Source of the DNA: Catajapyx aquilonaris
Taxonomy: Eukaryota
Reading direction: 5' to 3'
Length of the DNA stretch: 53,461 bases
Assembly (NCBI GenBank): GCA_000934665.2
Contig: KZ538691.1
Coordinates: 1 to 53,461, forward strand
This document shows, piece after piece, positions 25,079 through 37,424 of this stretch. The position numbers and the translations under genes were made by a program. How positions within the stretch are numbered: the first letter of the stretch is position 1; each line of letters begins with the position of its first letter. The notes under the pieces are model-generated. The model was not told the origin of the DNA and searched no databases. It saw only the letters and a program-made list of their open reading frames with translations.

Positions 25079-28000
25079 ATGGATTCGATGGAGGATCTCT
25101 GCGGAGAGCTGGTCGGGAACTGCACCGGCAGCATTTTGTGCTACATTTGCAGGTAAGCAAAGGGCACGACCCGGGGGCGAGCCCGGGGCAGCGTAGGGGG
25201 GGGGGGGGNNNNNNNNNNNNNNNAGACGCGTTCGACTAGGGTTGGGGGGTGCGGGGGGTGGTGAGGTCGTCGACCTGGGTGGGCGGGGCTTGACTCGAAT
25301 GAGAGATCACGTGACCGTCCAGCGACTGACGTCACGTTCGAACGATTGCAGCCGAGTCCTTTTGATGTTGTTTGGTGTCGACAGGGGTGCCAAAGTGTGC
25401 AGTGTTTGGGCTGCTGACCGGAACAATAAGCCCGTAATTCAGGTCGTCTCTTGCAAAGTGTTCCAATGTGTGACTTTAGGGCATAAGACGACGCATCACA
25501 GGGTCGTGATTGAGTTGTGGGTGGAGGTGAGATGATGGTTGGGTTTTTGGCGCGGATTTATGAAGGGGTCATTGGGGGTCATTGTCCATAGCCTGCTGTT
25601 CTGGGCGACTTGTGTGATTGTGGTACAGTACCCTTTTGTTATATGCATATGTGTGTTTGGTAAGTATTCCTCTTCATTCCCAGAATGTATACACCTATTT
25701 GGGCTGTTTAGTCCTAAACTGAAAGGGATGTTTGGCCTTTCCCATTGCAACTTTTGCCTTGCTGGTTCCAACAGGTGACCATGGTAAAGGCCAAGCAGCC
25801 ACTGGAACTAGACTTGATCTAGGTAGGCCAAGCAAAGAAGCTATGGGGAGTACGATGTCATTCTACTTCCTACTACTGCCAAGCCTTATTGGCCTGATTG
25901 TGCTAGTCAATATTCTTTCAGAAGTTCTCTTATTATGGGTTATCGTTGTTGACAGTTCTCATGCCAACTAGTAGGACAAAAACTGATGCTGAGATTCTTA
26001 GCCTTGGAAGAATGACACAGTGGTTTGCCCTGTACTACATGCTTCTAAAGGTGCTGTTTCAATTTTACACTCAGTTGGATATATTGCAGAAGCATAAGTG
26101 CGACCTAACAATTATTGGTAATAAAGGTGGAAATGTGGTGTAGTGCACTGCATTATGGTGATTAAGAAGGTATATACTGGTGGTCAAAATGATGTCAGGT
26201 GAAGGGAACTGATGGAGCCAACGCCAATTTCCACCCCTTTCTCCCATGCCTTCACAGGAGCCCATACTTCAGGCCTCGTGTGCTGACTTGCCTGCACATT
26301 TTCTGTGAGCCCTGCCTGGAACCCATAGTCATCAAGGGTGCTGGGCCTCCCATGATAAGCTGCCCCACCTGCAGGCAGAGAACTCTTCTGGTAAGCTAAA
26401 GGGAAGAAGATTGGTATAGAGACTATAGACTGAATTGCTTGAGAGGTTTTTTGTTATTGTAGTTGTGATAAATTTGGTTTGGTTTATTGGGGGAACCAAA
26501 GCAACTAAGGCTCTCAGGTGTACTGTAGAAGCAGTGAGAGGGAGATGGGGAGAGAGATTTTTGGAGAGTGGGAGGAAATGGAAGAACCCGGAGAAAATTC
26601 ATATAAATACAGAGAGAACCTCTTGAAACTCCCTTTCTGCATGAGAAATTCCTCTACCCAACCTGAGAATTTACTTGGGACCTCAGAGATAGAACATTTT
26701 CATGTTAGTCATGCCAACACCATGGCATCCTCTTTTGTAATTATGAAATAATTTTTTATCTTTGGTTCATGACCCAATTAAGCAAGGTTTATAGACCTAA
26801 AAATGTGAACATTGGGAATTTAGGGCTGATTTTGAGCTTTGTGATCTTATGTATCATGGAAGGTTGATTTTTTTAAAAAAATGTGGCCTGTTTTTAATTT
26901 TCATATACTATTTTACAATTTTCTTGCCATATGGGGGGACCGCCCTTACCTAACTGTGGCTTGAATGCAATTTTTAATTGCACCTTTTATTTATCCCACA
27001 TGGGCACCATTCAGCCTGGCAAATGGACCCTATACTACATATGTGCAAATGTCAGTGCTTAAAAATCAGCAGGATATTCCAATAATGGTTGGCAGTATTT
27101 TGGCATTATGGTGCTGATTTTTAAGCACTGACATTTGCACATACGTAGTATAGGGTCCATTTGCCAAGCTGAATGTGGGATAGATAAAAGGTACAATGTC
27201 ACTGCTTAAAAATCAGCCCTGTAATGCCAAAATACTGCCAACCATTATTGGAACATCCTGTATGCAAATGTTTTAGGAGACAGTAAAATGAATTGGGCAA
27301 AGTCTTAAGTTAGAATGTAGATTCTGGACATTATTGAAACACTGTTGCAAATATCCTGGACTTTAACCATTTGAATTTAAAAAAAAATCCTTTGCTTGTC
27401 CTTGTATGTGCAGTTGGCTGCACAAAATTGTGGACATCCTGCAGACTCCTTTTCTTGTCATTGGAGAAGGTATTATGCAATAGCAGGTCATGCCAGACCG
27501 CAGCTCATGATGGATGACTGTGAGAGTACATTGCTGCACTAAATTGTGAATCATGAAACGTTTCTGTGACACCAGCTTACATTGTGGTGCTCACTGCAAC
27601 TGTTCCTGCCTCTCGGTCAGTCAGAGGAAAAAAAAGCAGAGGAAATGCTGTTTTCCAGTTTATGTTTTTTTTAAATGAGTATAAGTTACCCTTACCAGTA
27701 GGTTTTGAAGATGCAGCATATTAAATTTTAACCTGGAATATAGCAAGAACGTAGTACTTACTTTTTTTCTGTAGAAACATACGGTATTCAGCTGCACTTC
27801 TTCCATGTTATGGTTTAAATGCACACTTTTCAATTGAGAAGCAGCAAGTTGAGAGACTATAATGTGGACTTTCTGGGACCCCTATACGTATTTAAAATAT
27901 TCATACATACATATGGAAAGCAAAATAAAAGTGAGATAATGATGATTTTTTTGTGTATGTTTTAGATGGAATGTGACGGTGTGAACTCTCTTCCTCTGGA

Positions 28001-31000
28001 TACCTTGATGGAAGCTGTGATACTAGCACAGGCCCATCCTGACATTTTTAGCAAGGTTAGGAACAGGCGCAGGTCACATGAGGTGGTGCCCGTCTCCATG
28101 ATATCCGCAGCTGAATTGTTTGGAGCCAATGCTAGCAAGGATAATGAGAAAGGCAGGCCATCAGCGGATAAGCTAACTTTGCTGCAGGATTTTCTGGGGA
28201 AGGAACTTACAGATGGACTGCCCAAGGAGTTTAAGGAGGATCTGGGTGATGCCCTTGCAGAGGAACTGGGGCAAGTGCTTGCTAAGGAGCTGGGTTCTCA
28301 GCTCATAGAAGAACTGGGCCAGAAGAAGCACCACCAGGAGCAGGCAATGGGCCATGAGAGGGGAGCGGGCGATGGGGACGCTGGGGACTGTTTGCTACAC
28401 CCAGACATGCAAATCACCTTTCGTTGCGTAACCTGCCAGATGGACCTCTGCGTGTACTGCCTTCCTTCACATCCCTCCCGAGGGGAGAAGGAAAATCCTG
28501 AGCATCCAGGAAAATTGAGGGAGAAGAAGGGCAGACCAGAGGAAGGCCACCAGGAGGAGAATCAACAGCCAGGCTGCTCAGAGGAGAATGGGAAGAGGAT
28601 GATTGGACCGGAGACCCTTGCCTGGCTTAACAAGTAATTTCACTGTTAGCAATTCTAGTCATACTTATCACTACATATAATTTACTTTCTTGACAGCATG
28701 CAAGCTTCCCGTATGTCTATGAGTGAGGCTGAGAGAGAGGGCCTCTATGCTTTGACCCACTGGCGCCGCCACCTGGACCAGATTAGGAAGAAGGTCCACC
28801 AGTTGGATCTGGACAGGAAGACTTCATGGGAGCAGATCCGTTCTGCAACTAACTCCTGCTTTGCCATGGTGAAGGAGAGGGAGTCAGTACTGATGCAGAA
28901 TTGTGATGAAGGCCATCAGAGGACGCAGAGTCACCTCATGGAAACTTTTATTGGGCTCAGGACTGCCATGCAGAAGATGGAGGCTGCCATCAGGTTCTCC
29001 GGGAGGTTGCACAGGCTTGGAAGCTGTGACGAGGTATTTGCCTGGCCCTACGTTCTTATTGACATTGTTGGGGAATAGTCGACTCACTGCATATGTAATT
29101 GAAATAGTATTGATGAGAGGGGTAAAAATTCATTTTGGAAGTTGAACCTTTATTTCCACATTTTAATATTTTGCGTCTGGTATGTGCACTTGATATGAGC
29201 TTTGGGTAAAAGTTTTCATTTATGGCAGCAATCAATTATGGACTGATAGATTTTCTGGATTATGCAAATTGTAATAAGTAGCTATCAAAGTGACGCAATG
29301 CTGCTCTTTATTCCCACTATAACTACATTGCAAATACATATAGCGTAATCAGAATGCAAGTACCATGGCAGCAATATTGCATTTGAAAATCTCAAAAATG
29401 ATACTAACAATAATTAAAGGCTATACCAGTAGTGATATTCCAGTTCCTCACCAGGCCTATTAGAACAACGATGATATTTGCATCTTGCTTCATATTGATG
29501 GCTATGATTTTGTGACTCATCCTTTATTATTTGTGAGATGTATTGATGCATAATTATATCATGACTATCAGCAGTAGAAAGTTGCAAATAATGTTGAGGC
29601 AGGTAGTGTTTGGTTTGACCTTGAGGAGCCACTTTTGATACACTTAGGAGAAAATGGAACACTTGAAATTAGTTGATGGAGTTTGTTCTCTTTCCAGGTT
29701 GATCAGTTTGAGGAGCTGGTTCGCCTGCAAATGAATGGTGTGATAACTAATGTGGTTAACATTCTGGGAATTGATGGAAGAGTTGGAGCAGAGAGTTGGG
29801 ATGTGCCCACCGAGGCATGCAGCATTTCGTACAAGAACAATCTGAAGCGAGTCCAAAATGCCCTTAAGTTTGGGATGGGGTGTGTGATGCTAGGAGAAGA
29901 AGTGCTGGGCAGTGGCGGTATCAGAACTCCTAGCCGCCCAGTCCTTGGAGGAATGAATGATCGTGGTGCACCTCCAGAAGCAGGCAGTAGCCAATGGGAT
30001 GGATGGGAGCAGCAGCCAAACCGACCTGTCATGGTGGATGCTGCCACCTCTGCAGAGCTTGGCAGTGGCGCTTGGAGAGTCCCAATCCCACCCCTAGCAC
30101 CCTTGCAGGTACCACTGGATTCAGCTGAGTTCAGGCCTGCTGCTGCATCTTCTCCCATGCTGAGGACTATTCCTGAAGGACCATCTGCTGGTGAATCAAG
30201 GAAGTTCACCTCCATGATCACTGCAGGCTCAGGTAAGTCCAAAGGTGCCCCCAGTTTTAATGCACTGTATAGACTCAGGTGTAAGGTGTTCCAACAGTTT
30301 CACACCATTATTAATTTAAAGAATTGTGGTTCATACCTTGCATATTTTATACAACAGTGCGCAAGTGATAATATATTGTGTTGCAGCCTACACAAATTGA
30401 ATTGATCAATTATCTTATTTTTGCAGGTGACGATTTGAGCATGGAATCAAGTGGCATTGGCTTGAGTGGGAACAGCTTTCCCACTTTCAACTCCTCACTC
30501 TCTGCCACTGCAGATGCATTTGAACCTGTCTTCTCCAGTCCCATGCAAGGTGATGTTTTAGAGCATAGTCTTCCATATTTATTAGTAGAAGGTGCATCTT
30601 ATTTGCATCTGAGTGAATTTAATTGCATAATATTGTTTTTCTTTTCTTTTATGTTAAACGTCTCATTACATATCAAAAATTGCTTCTCTTATTATGACAG
30701 GTGAGGGCAACAGGAGGTCCAGCTTTGAGAACTCAACCAACGCCTCGATGGACATGTCTGAAGATTCATTGTTGTCTCCTTCCACCCAGTATGGGCGTCA
30801 TCGTACTACTCGTCGCACCCACAATCACCAATACCATCACTATGTGACCCCAACCCCTTCTGTTCCAATCCCAGTCCCAGTCACACCACATAGGCAGGTT
30901 AATGTTAGGGTCAAGTTTGGCCAGATGGGATCCGAGAAGGGGCAATTCAGCTCCCCACATGGATTTTGCTTGGGCCGGGATGAGGAGATTGTGGTTGCTG

Positions 31001-32179
31001 ACACCAACAACCACCGCATTCAGATCTTTGACAAGCTGGGGACCTTCCTTCACCAATTTGGGGATGAAGGGAAAGAGGAGGGGAAACTCTGGTTCCCAAG
31101 GAAGGTGGCTGTCTTCACCTTTTCTGGAAAGGTGGTGGTGTGCGACCGAGGAAATGAGAGATCCAGACTGCAGGTTGGTATCATGATAGTTTTGTAACTG
31201 GTTGGATTGTTTACAATTCAACTTTAGCATGATGGAATGCCAGTTAAAAATCCATTATTGCTTGAATATCACCTAGTTTCAGGCTAGTGATTTATGATGT
31301 ACATTGACATTGAAGTTGAGCTCTTGTTTTTGATGTACAGCTGTTTTCCCGTGCTGGTGTGTTCATCCGTCGCATCTGCATCCGCTTTGTGGAGATCCTT
31401 GCTGGGCTGGCAGTGAGTCCTCGTGGTCACATTGTGGCTGTGGACTCTGTGCAGCCTTCAGTTTACATGCTGTCTGAGTCCGGCCAGCTTCTCAAGTGGT
31501 TTGATGCCTCCCCTTATATGAAGGAACCGTCAGACTTAGCTATCAGGGGAAATGAGCTTTACATCTGTGACTTCAAGGTATGTTGAACTGAAATTGCCAG
31601 AGCAGTAACAAAAATATACAACCTATGTGTTTACATGAAATTCACATGGCTGGTAGCTAGTCAGTGACCAAATACTGTCTCCTTTTTATGCATCATTTGA
31701 AAAAGATGCATCCTAGAATATTTGCAAAATGTTGGCCTCTGATGTATTTAGAGTGTGAATTTCAAGCAACTCAATGGGTTGCATGTTTGTTTTCTGTGGA
31801 CATGTTTTTAAGGTCTGAAGTAGATGTTGTCTGCATATGCTAATGTGTGTGCATTGCTTTTTCTTGGCAGGGTCACTGCATAGTTGTGTTTGATGAGATA
31901 ACAGGTCAGTGCCTGCGCAGCTTTGGAGGAGAAGCAGTGACCCGCTTCCCCAATGGAATTGATGTTTCTGATGATGGGGATATTGTTGTTGGCGACTCCC
32001 ATGGGAACCGCTTCCATCTCGTTGCCTTCAAGAGCGATGGCCAGGTTATCAGGGAGTATGAATGCCCCTACGTGAAGGTGTCCCGCTGCTGTGGACTGCG
32101 CATTTCCTCAGAGGGCTACATCATCACTCTGGCCAAGAACAACCACCATGTCCTTATCCTGAACACCCTCTACATCTAA
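25079..32179 (+). CDS. mei-P26: mei-P26-type TRIM-NHL protein (RING, B-box, coiled coil, NHL repeats); exons include 25079-25152, 26258-26390, 27966-~28633, ~28697-29033, 29698-30232, ~30428-30549, 30701-31173, 31341-31577, 31871-32179
   Basis: The RING is split across exons ([24 protein letters not shown]...CPTC), followed by the B-box CLLH...CVTC...CVYC..H. The NHL domain [27 protein letters not shown]...LWFPRKVAV...[10 protein letters not shown]...[10 protein letters not shown]...GDSHGNRFH...[33 protein letters not shown] closely matches the mei-P26 C-terminus; Brat lacks a RING. Confidence 0.9.
26471..26730 (-). mobile_element. V-SINE-like element in mei-P26 intron
   Basis: The minus strand has the V-like core TTTTCTCCGGGTTCTTCCATTTCCTCCCAC and the tail CCTTAGTTGCTTTGGTTCCCCCAATAAACCAAACCAAA, homologous to 13880-13920. 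Confidence 0.6.
26977..27260. repeat. Interleaved inverted repeats (A-B-A'-B')
   Basis: A (26977-27071) pairs with A' (27112-27197). B (27070-27108, caggatattccaataatggttggcagtattttggcatta) pairs with B' (27222-27260), which is followed by TA. Confidence 0.9.
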
Positions 32180-34427
32180 AATGAGCACAAGTGGTTGGCA
32201 AGTTTTTGAAAAAGCGTTTTCAATGGGTTTCTTGTAGATTAGTTTTAACACAATTGGCTCCAAGGTTACTTAACTGCCTCCTCATAGTTAAGAATCCTCA
32301 CACACCATTCATGCAGTACAGGAACAGTATAGGATTAATTTCATAGTACAAACAATACATACTTTGACTATGTGAAATGACACATCTCTGTAAATATAGA
32401 TCCCAGCTCTATGCCAATAGAAGTTTAAAAAACGTTATTGAAAGGCAGCAATAAGTTATGCAAGTTAAGAAGAGAATTTTCATGGCATAGGGCAGTATGG
32501 ATTGTTATCTTGACACTGTGGCAGGGAGAAGAGGGAAGGGCACCCAGATTGCGCTGCAAGCCTCATGAGTGGAAATGGTGTCCAGTATAGTTGAGCCAAT
32601 TTCTTGTTATTTGAACTCCGCCTCACATTCTTACTTGTGGTAGTGTCACCTTCATGAAGATGTGGAGTTGTCATGCTTTGCATATGAGAGACATGATGAG
32701 TTATTCCATTGGTGTAGTATTTGTATTGCCAAAGCAATAAGTGCAGTTGAGTTATTCCGTTAGTGCTGGGAAATGAGGTGGTTTTAAGATAAGCAGGGGT
32801 ATCAGTATACTGATGCAAGAAATTGGCTCGACTTTACTAATTTTGCAATTATAAGGCCACTACTTGTATATATATTTTAAATGCCCAGATTTTAATGTGT
32901 TACACTTATAGTATTTAATGCATATGCCAGTTGTGTAATTTATGTCAATCCGGTGTTGGAAACCCATTGAGATTTTCTGTTGATTTTATGTCAGTGTTTA
33001 TCAAATTTATTGTATTTGTTGAGAGAGCTTGAAAGTCCTATTGCATTATTAGTAGTTCTGTTCCTAAATATGTGTTTATTTGTCTTATTTATTATGTTCG
33101 TTTCTTGTTATATAAGTAATTTTGACCTGGCATATCAGTGATGTAGAGATGTGACAAAGGTAATGTGTGCCACAACCTGTGATGGTTCTGTTAGGTCTGG
33201 CCTTTTGATTTGAGCGTTTTTAATTTATCGATTGTTTATTTTATATTTTATTGTTTTGCTGCGTGATCTTCGTTGTCAAACAAGGGAAAACGTACAGTGA
33301 GATGTTAATTATTTATTGAGCAAGGAAGTCACCTTTGTTAATTTGAAGTTCATAATTCATTTTCCTTCATTATTTATACTTATCTTATTTCATTAGTATT
33401 TATATGAAAATATTTGCATCTTTTTTCACAATCTGACTCATTCGCACACCCCACATTATTTGTTCCCACCGAAAGAGGAAGAAGGCTGAGTGTACATTTT
33501 ATGATGAGGGAAACGCTATTTATTCATATAACTTATCGTCCGCCACCATCACGCATATATCATTTATCCCATTGTATCCAGGCCAAGCATGCCTGCTTCA
33601 TATACTGCACCTTCACATTTATCATCAGTATTATTTATTTCTGAACTGCTGCATCTGCTGCAACAGTGTGAGTGTTCATCCAGTGATATAGTTTTATTTT
33701 GAACGTGAGAATACCCACCCAGTGCCTTTAAAGCTGTGATGTTATGGTTGTGACCTTTTCAAGATTTCTGTACCGGTGAAATTAAGCTGTGTTACTCTGT
33801 TTTATGTTGTGACCATTCCGTGCCTTTTTAAGATTATTGTAAGAGCGTTAAGGTAATAAGCGCTTATACTTTGATTTGTTTTTTGCCCAAATTTTGTATT
33901 ACTCGATGGTTCCTATGTGAGTACATGGTTGGCAAGTAACATTTATGTTTTTATACTCTCTTATTACACTTGAACATGTAGTGCCAAATTATTGTGTAAC
34001 AGGTAATACCTGCTACGGGCATGTTACAAGTGTAATTTCTAGATTGTTCAGTTTTAAGAAACCTGTAGTGCTCAATAAAGAGAGTGTGTGCCAATTGTTG
34101 TTTTATTTTGTTCCGTATGCTGCACCTTTGACCAGCATTTAAATGTAATGGTACTTGACACCGTACATCGCGCCACTAGTCGTGTCTGGCAACATTGGAA
34201 GGATGAATGGCGCGTGTCTCCTTGCCAGATGTCGCCACCCACCCTCTCTATGGTTCGCATAAGACATGCCTGTTGTTGTTGCGTGATTTGGTGATTGCCA
34301 TACGCAGCACAGGTTTGGCACAGGTGACTGACTGCTCCACTGCTGCGTCACGTGCATCGCGGGCGAGGGTAGGGTTCGCCTCCGGATGACTGGCATTTCC
34401 CAAGGGAAGAAGAGGAGGTGACCAGTG

Positions 34428-36402
34428 ATGGTGAGATTGGGTTCGTTGTTACTGCCCTACTCATCTCATAGCCAGGCAACAATCCAAGTGCATTGCCTCA
34501 CCCTCCCCACACGTGCATGACTGGATTAACACTAACAGTAGCTTCACAGTAATGATTCCAGTCACTATTATGAAGACACTTTCAGTGTCAATAGAAGCAG
34601 AAATGATGATGATGAACTGACCCAAATTGTTCAAGATATTGCCCTGATACTGCCTACTGATATGGTGCCAGCAATATTCTGGAATAAGCTCGTGAGCATG
34701 AAGGATAACCAGAGACCCAGACTACCAGTCACTGCAATTAACAACAGTGTCCTCAAGTGTCCTAACTTGTGCCTTAGTCCGTGTGACCAACACTCTGTCT
34801 GGCATGACTTTTCCTGGCAGCATTATGGGTGGGGACACTCGGCTCGCCACTTGGTCTCCTCCAATGGCTGCCACTCCTGCACATATGCTGCAAGATGGCA
34901 CCTATCCATCCTATGGAATTGGAGACCACCCACATAGTGCGTCCCAAATGCCATATTCTTTATGCCTAAGAGAGAACCTAAAAAGACCTAGGTTGGCTCC
35001 TTGTAGTTGAACTTGAGGAATTGCACTGGCATTTTCTTTAGTGGGTTTCTAGAATGTGCTGATGCATAATTTTCACTGTTGCTGTTGAGTTTTACTTAAA
35101 ATTATTATTTAAAAGTATCAGTTATACGATTGCATGTTTTATTCTAGGCAAGCACTGTGATTTTGACTGGCCTTGGCCTGGCAGCAGTGGGCTTTCTTGG
35201 GCGTCATGCACTCCGAACCTTCCCTGCAGCCTCTGCTAGGATGAGTGAAGCTCTCAAGTCCTTTCCAAAGATGGATGCAGAGGTAACTTACCACTTTTTC
35301 CTTTAACTCCAGCACAGAGCATGTGCATTCCTTTGTGGGAGTCCTCAATCACAATGTATTATGGCGTTCATAAAGTTTGAACCTTCAGGGTGAAGGAAGA
35401 GAGAGAAACGGTTCAAATAGCACACATGTATATGAACCCTACAGACTCCCACATTTTCCCCTGAAATGCACAACAAGGCACGACCTGTCAGATTCTGTCA
35501 TTGTAGAAGTCGACACTGGCGCTTGAAAAAAGTTTTCAATATCTGTTGTCTGTGGTGGTGGGGCTTGTTTCTCCCATGACCCCAAAGAGCTATGCTGGTG
35601 ATGGCTTTGTCTAATGGCAGAGTCTGCCAGGCCGGAGAGGCCTTTGGGGTCATGGGAGAAACACAAGCATCCCTAACCACAGGCAACAGGTTGAAAACTT
35701 TTTTCACGCATAAAGTGTTGACTTCTGCAATGACAGGTAGTGCATTGCTGGGAAAAATATGGGCTCTGCAGGGTTCATATACAGAAGACTAATACATGTG
35801 TACAATTTGAACCGTTTCTCTCTTTTCCTTCAACCCAAATGTATGAACTTTATGAACTCCCCTCATATAATGTGGGAATGAATTTTCCTTTGACATGAGA
35901 AGAAACTGTTTTTTCTTCTCCAGGCATTTGCAAACAGCCGCTACTATAAAGGTGGATTTGACCCCAAGATGAACAAGCGGGAAGCCAGCCTCATACTAGG
36001 GGTGTCACCAAGTGCAAGCAAGACAAGGATAAAGGTTTGATTTAATTGCTGCAGTTCTTAGCTAAGGTTTACAGAAGTGTGGAAATGTGGAAAGGTGCAT
36101 TTGCTGGTTATAAATTCCAATATGCAACATATTGGAATTTATAACCAGCAAATGCACCTATTGCTCTGAACTCTCCAATGCTCAGCATGTGATTGTTGGG
36201 GGGGTTCTCAGAGCAAACTCTTGTGCATTGGTTCCAATTTGCCACGTCCAAGTTCCACTTTTATCAACCAATTGACACTTTCCTTGCTTCCCAGGAGGCG
36301 CACAAGAGGATAATGCTTCTAAATCATCCAGACAGAGGTGGTTCTCCATATCTGGCTGCCAAGATTAACGAGGCGAAGGATCTGCTTGAGGGTGGGAAAT
36401 GA
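34428..36402 (+). CDS. DNAJC19: Mitochondrial import J-protein Tim14/Pam18 (DNAJC19); exons ATG 34428-34430, 35148-35282, 35924-36034, 36295-36402
   Basis: [20 protein letters not shown]...[22 protein letters not shown]...[31 protein letters not shown] contains the HPD motif. The ATG-only first coding exon (ATG|GTGAGA) is inferred. Confidence 0.93.
35366..35857. mobile_element. Degenerate fold-back element (~490 bp) in DNAJC19 intron
   Basis: Nested complementary blocks: gttcataaagtt/aactttatgaac, gagagaaacggttcaaat/atttgaaccgtttctctc, gtcattgtagaagtcgacact/agtgttgacttctgcaatgac, tttctcccatgaccccaaag/ctttggggtcatgggagaaa. Confidence 0.85.
36093..36159. repeat. Perfect 32-bp palindrome, 3-nt loop, in DNAJC19 intron
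   Basis: aggtgcatttgctggttataaattccaatatg-caa-catattggaatttataaccagcaaatgcacct. Confidence 0.97.
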
Positions 36403-37203
36403 GCATGCAGTAGAGAGACCACGTTGAATTTAGTAACTATATTTGTGACAAACAATTGTAAATAAACAGGGACTGTTTCAAGACTGCAACAAATACGTCT
36501 TGTCAACACTGTACATTGCTTTGGCATTCTCCTTTGCATTAGTTGCCACACACTTTTTTTTCTTTTTTTTTTGTACACGTCACTTTCAATCAACCTTTAC
36601 AGTGTTCACCACACAAAGAAAGCATGCAAAATGTGATTGTAATAGACCCATTGGTAAGGAGACCGTTACGACCAAAATAAACTAGTGGGCATCTTAATGC
36701 TAATTGGAAGGATGTCATTTTGTATTCATTGTAATCATTTGCATCCCCCATCTTATCAGAATTAAATTCCACATGCCTATGCCAGGACATGCCTTAAATT
36801 GGTCTCACTTTCAAACAATGGACAATGTAAATTAATACTCTAACATTTGGGATTCCATGGTCTGTGTTAGATGCTGCTAACTTTGAACACACGTGCTCAT
36901 CAACACGAGGGAGAATTTATGGTGTGGAAAGTCGCTAAAAATCCCGGGAATTTTCCAATCTATCAAACCTGTTGCATAAAAGGCACCTGCAATATGGGAA
37001 ATTGAGTTAAATTACAGTCTGCAGAATTCATTTTATGACTCTGTTACAGAGGGACAAACCAACAAGTAGCAATTTCCAAAGAGAATTTCTGGCAGCTCTC
37101 CACCTACATTCTATCGAGTGTCTCGTCTGGGAGACAAGAACCTTAATTTCCCTTACCATGGGGAATGTTGCAATCACAATTTGCAGATTACACATAAAAA
37201 GGT

Positions 37204-37424
37204 GTAAGGTGAAGTGGGGTAAGTGCATACAAGGGGTAAGTGCATAAACTGGCCGCCATATTGGAATGAAAATGGCTGACATGCTCACCTCTTGTGGGGA
37301 TGTGATGTGTAGCTACACAAAAGAGTGCCTGAAGTATTTTGGTGTCGTCAGCCATTTTCATTCCAATATGGCGGCCCCGTGTATGCACTTACCCCATGTA
37401 TTCACTTACCCCACTTCACCTTAC
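37204..37424. mobile_element. MITE with ~77-bp TIRs
   Basis: gtaaggtgaagtggggtaagtgcatac...ggccgccatattggaatgaaaatggctgac (37204-37280) is the reverse complement of 37347-37424, and GGGGTAAGTG is repeated within each arm. Confidence 0.85.

Noticed and set aside
34560..35010. Coding-like stretch in DNAJC19 intron 1 ending [15 protein letters not shown]
   Set aside because: It is reminiscent of an LTR-retroelement integrase tail but is fragmented, with no LTR or catalytic motif visible.
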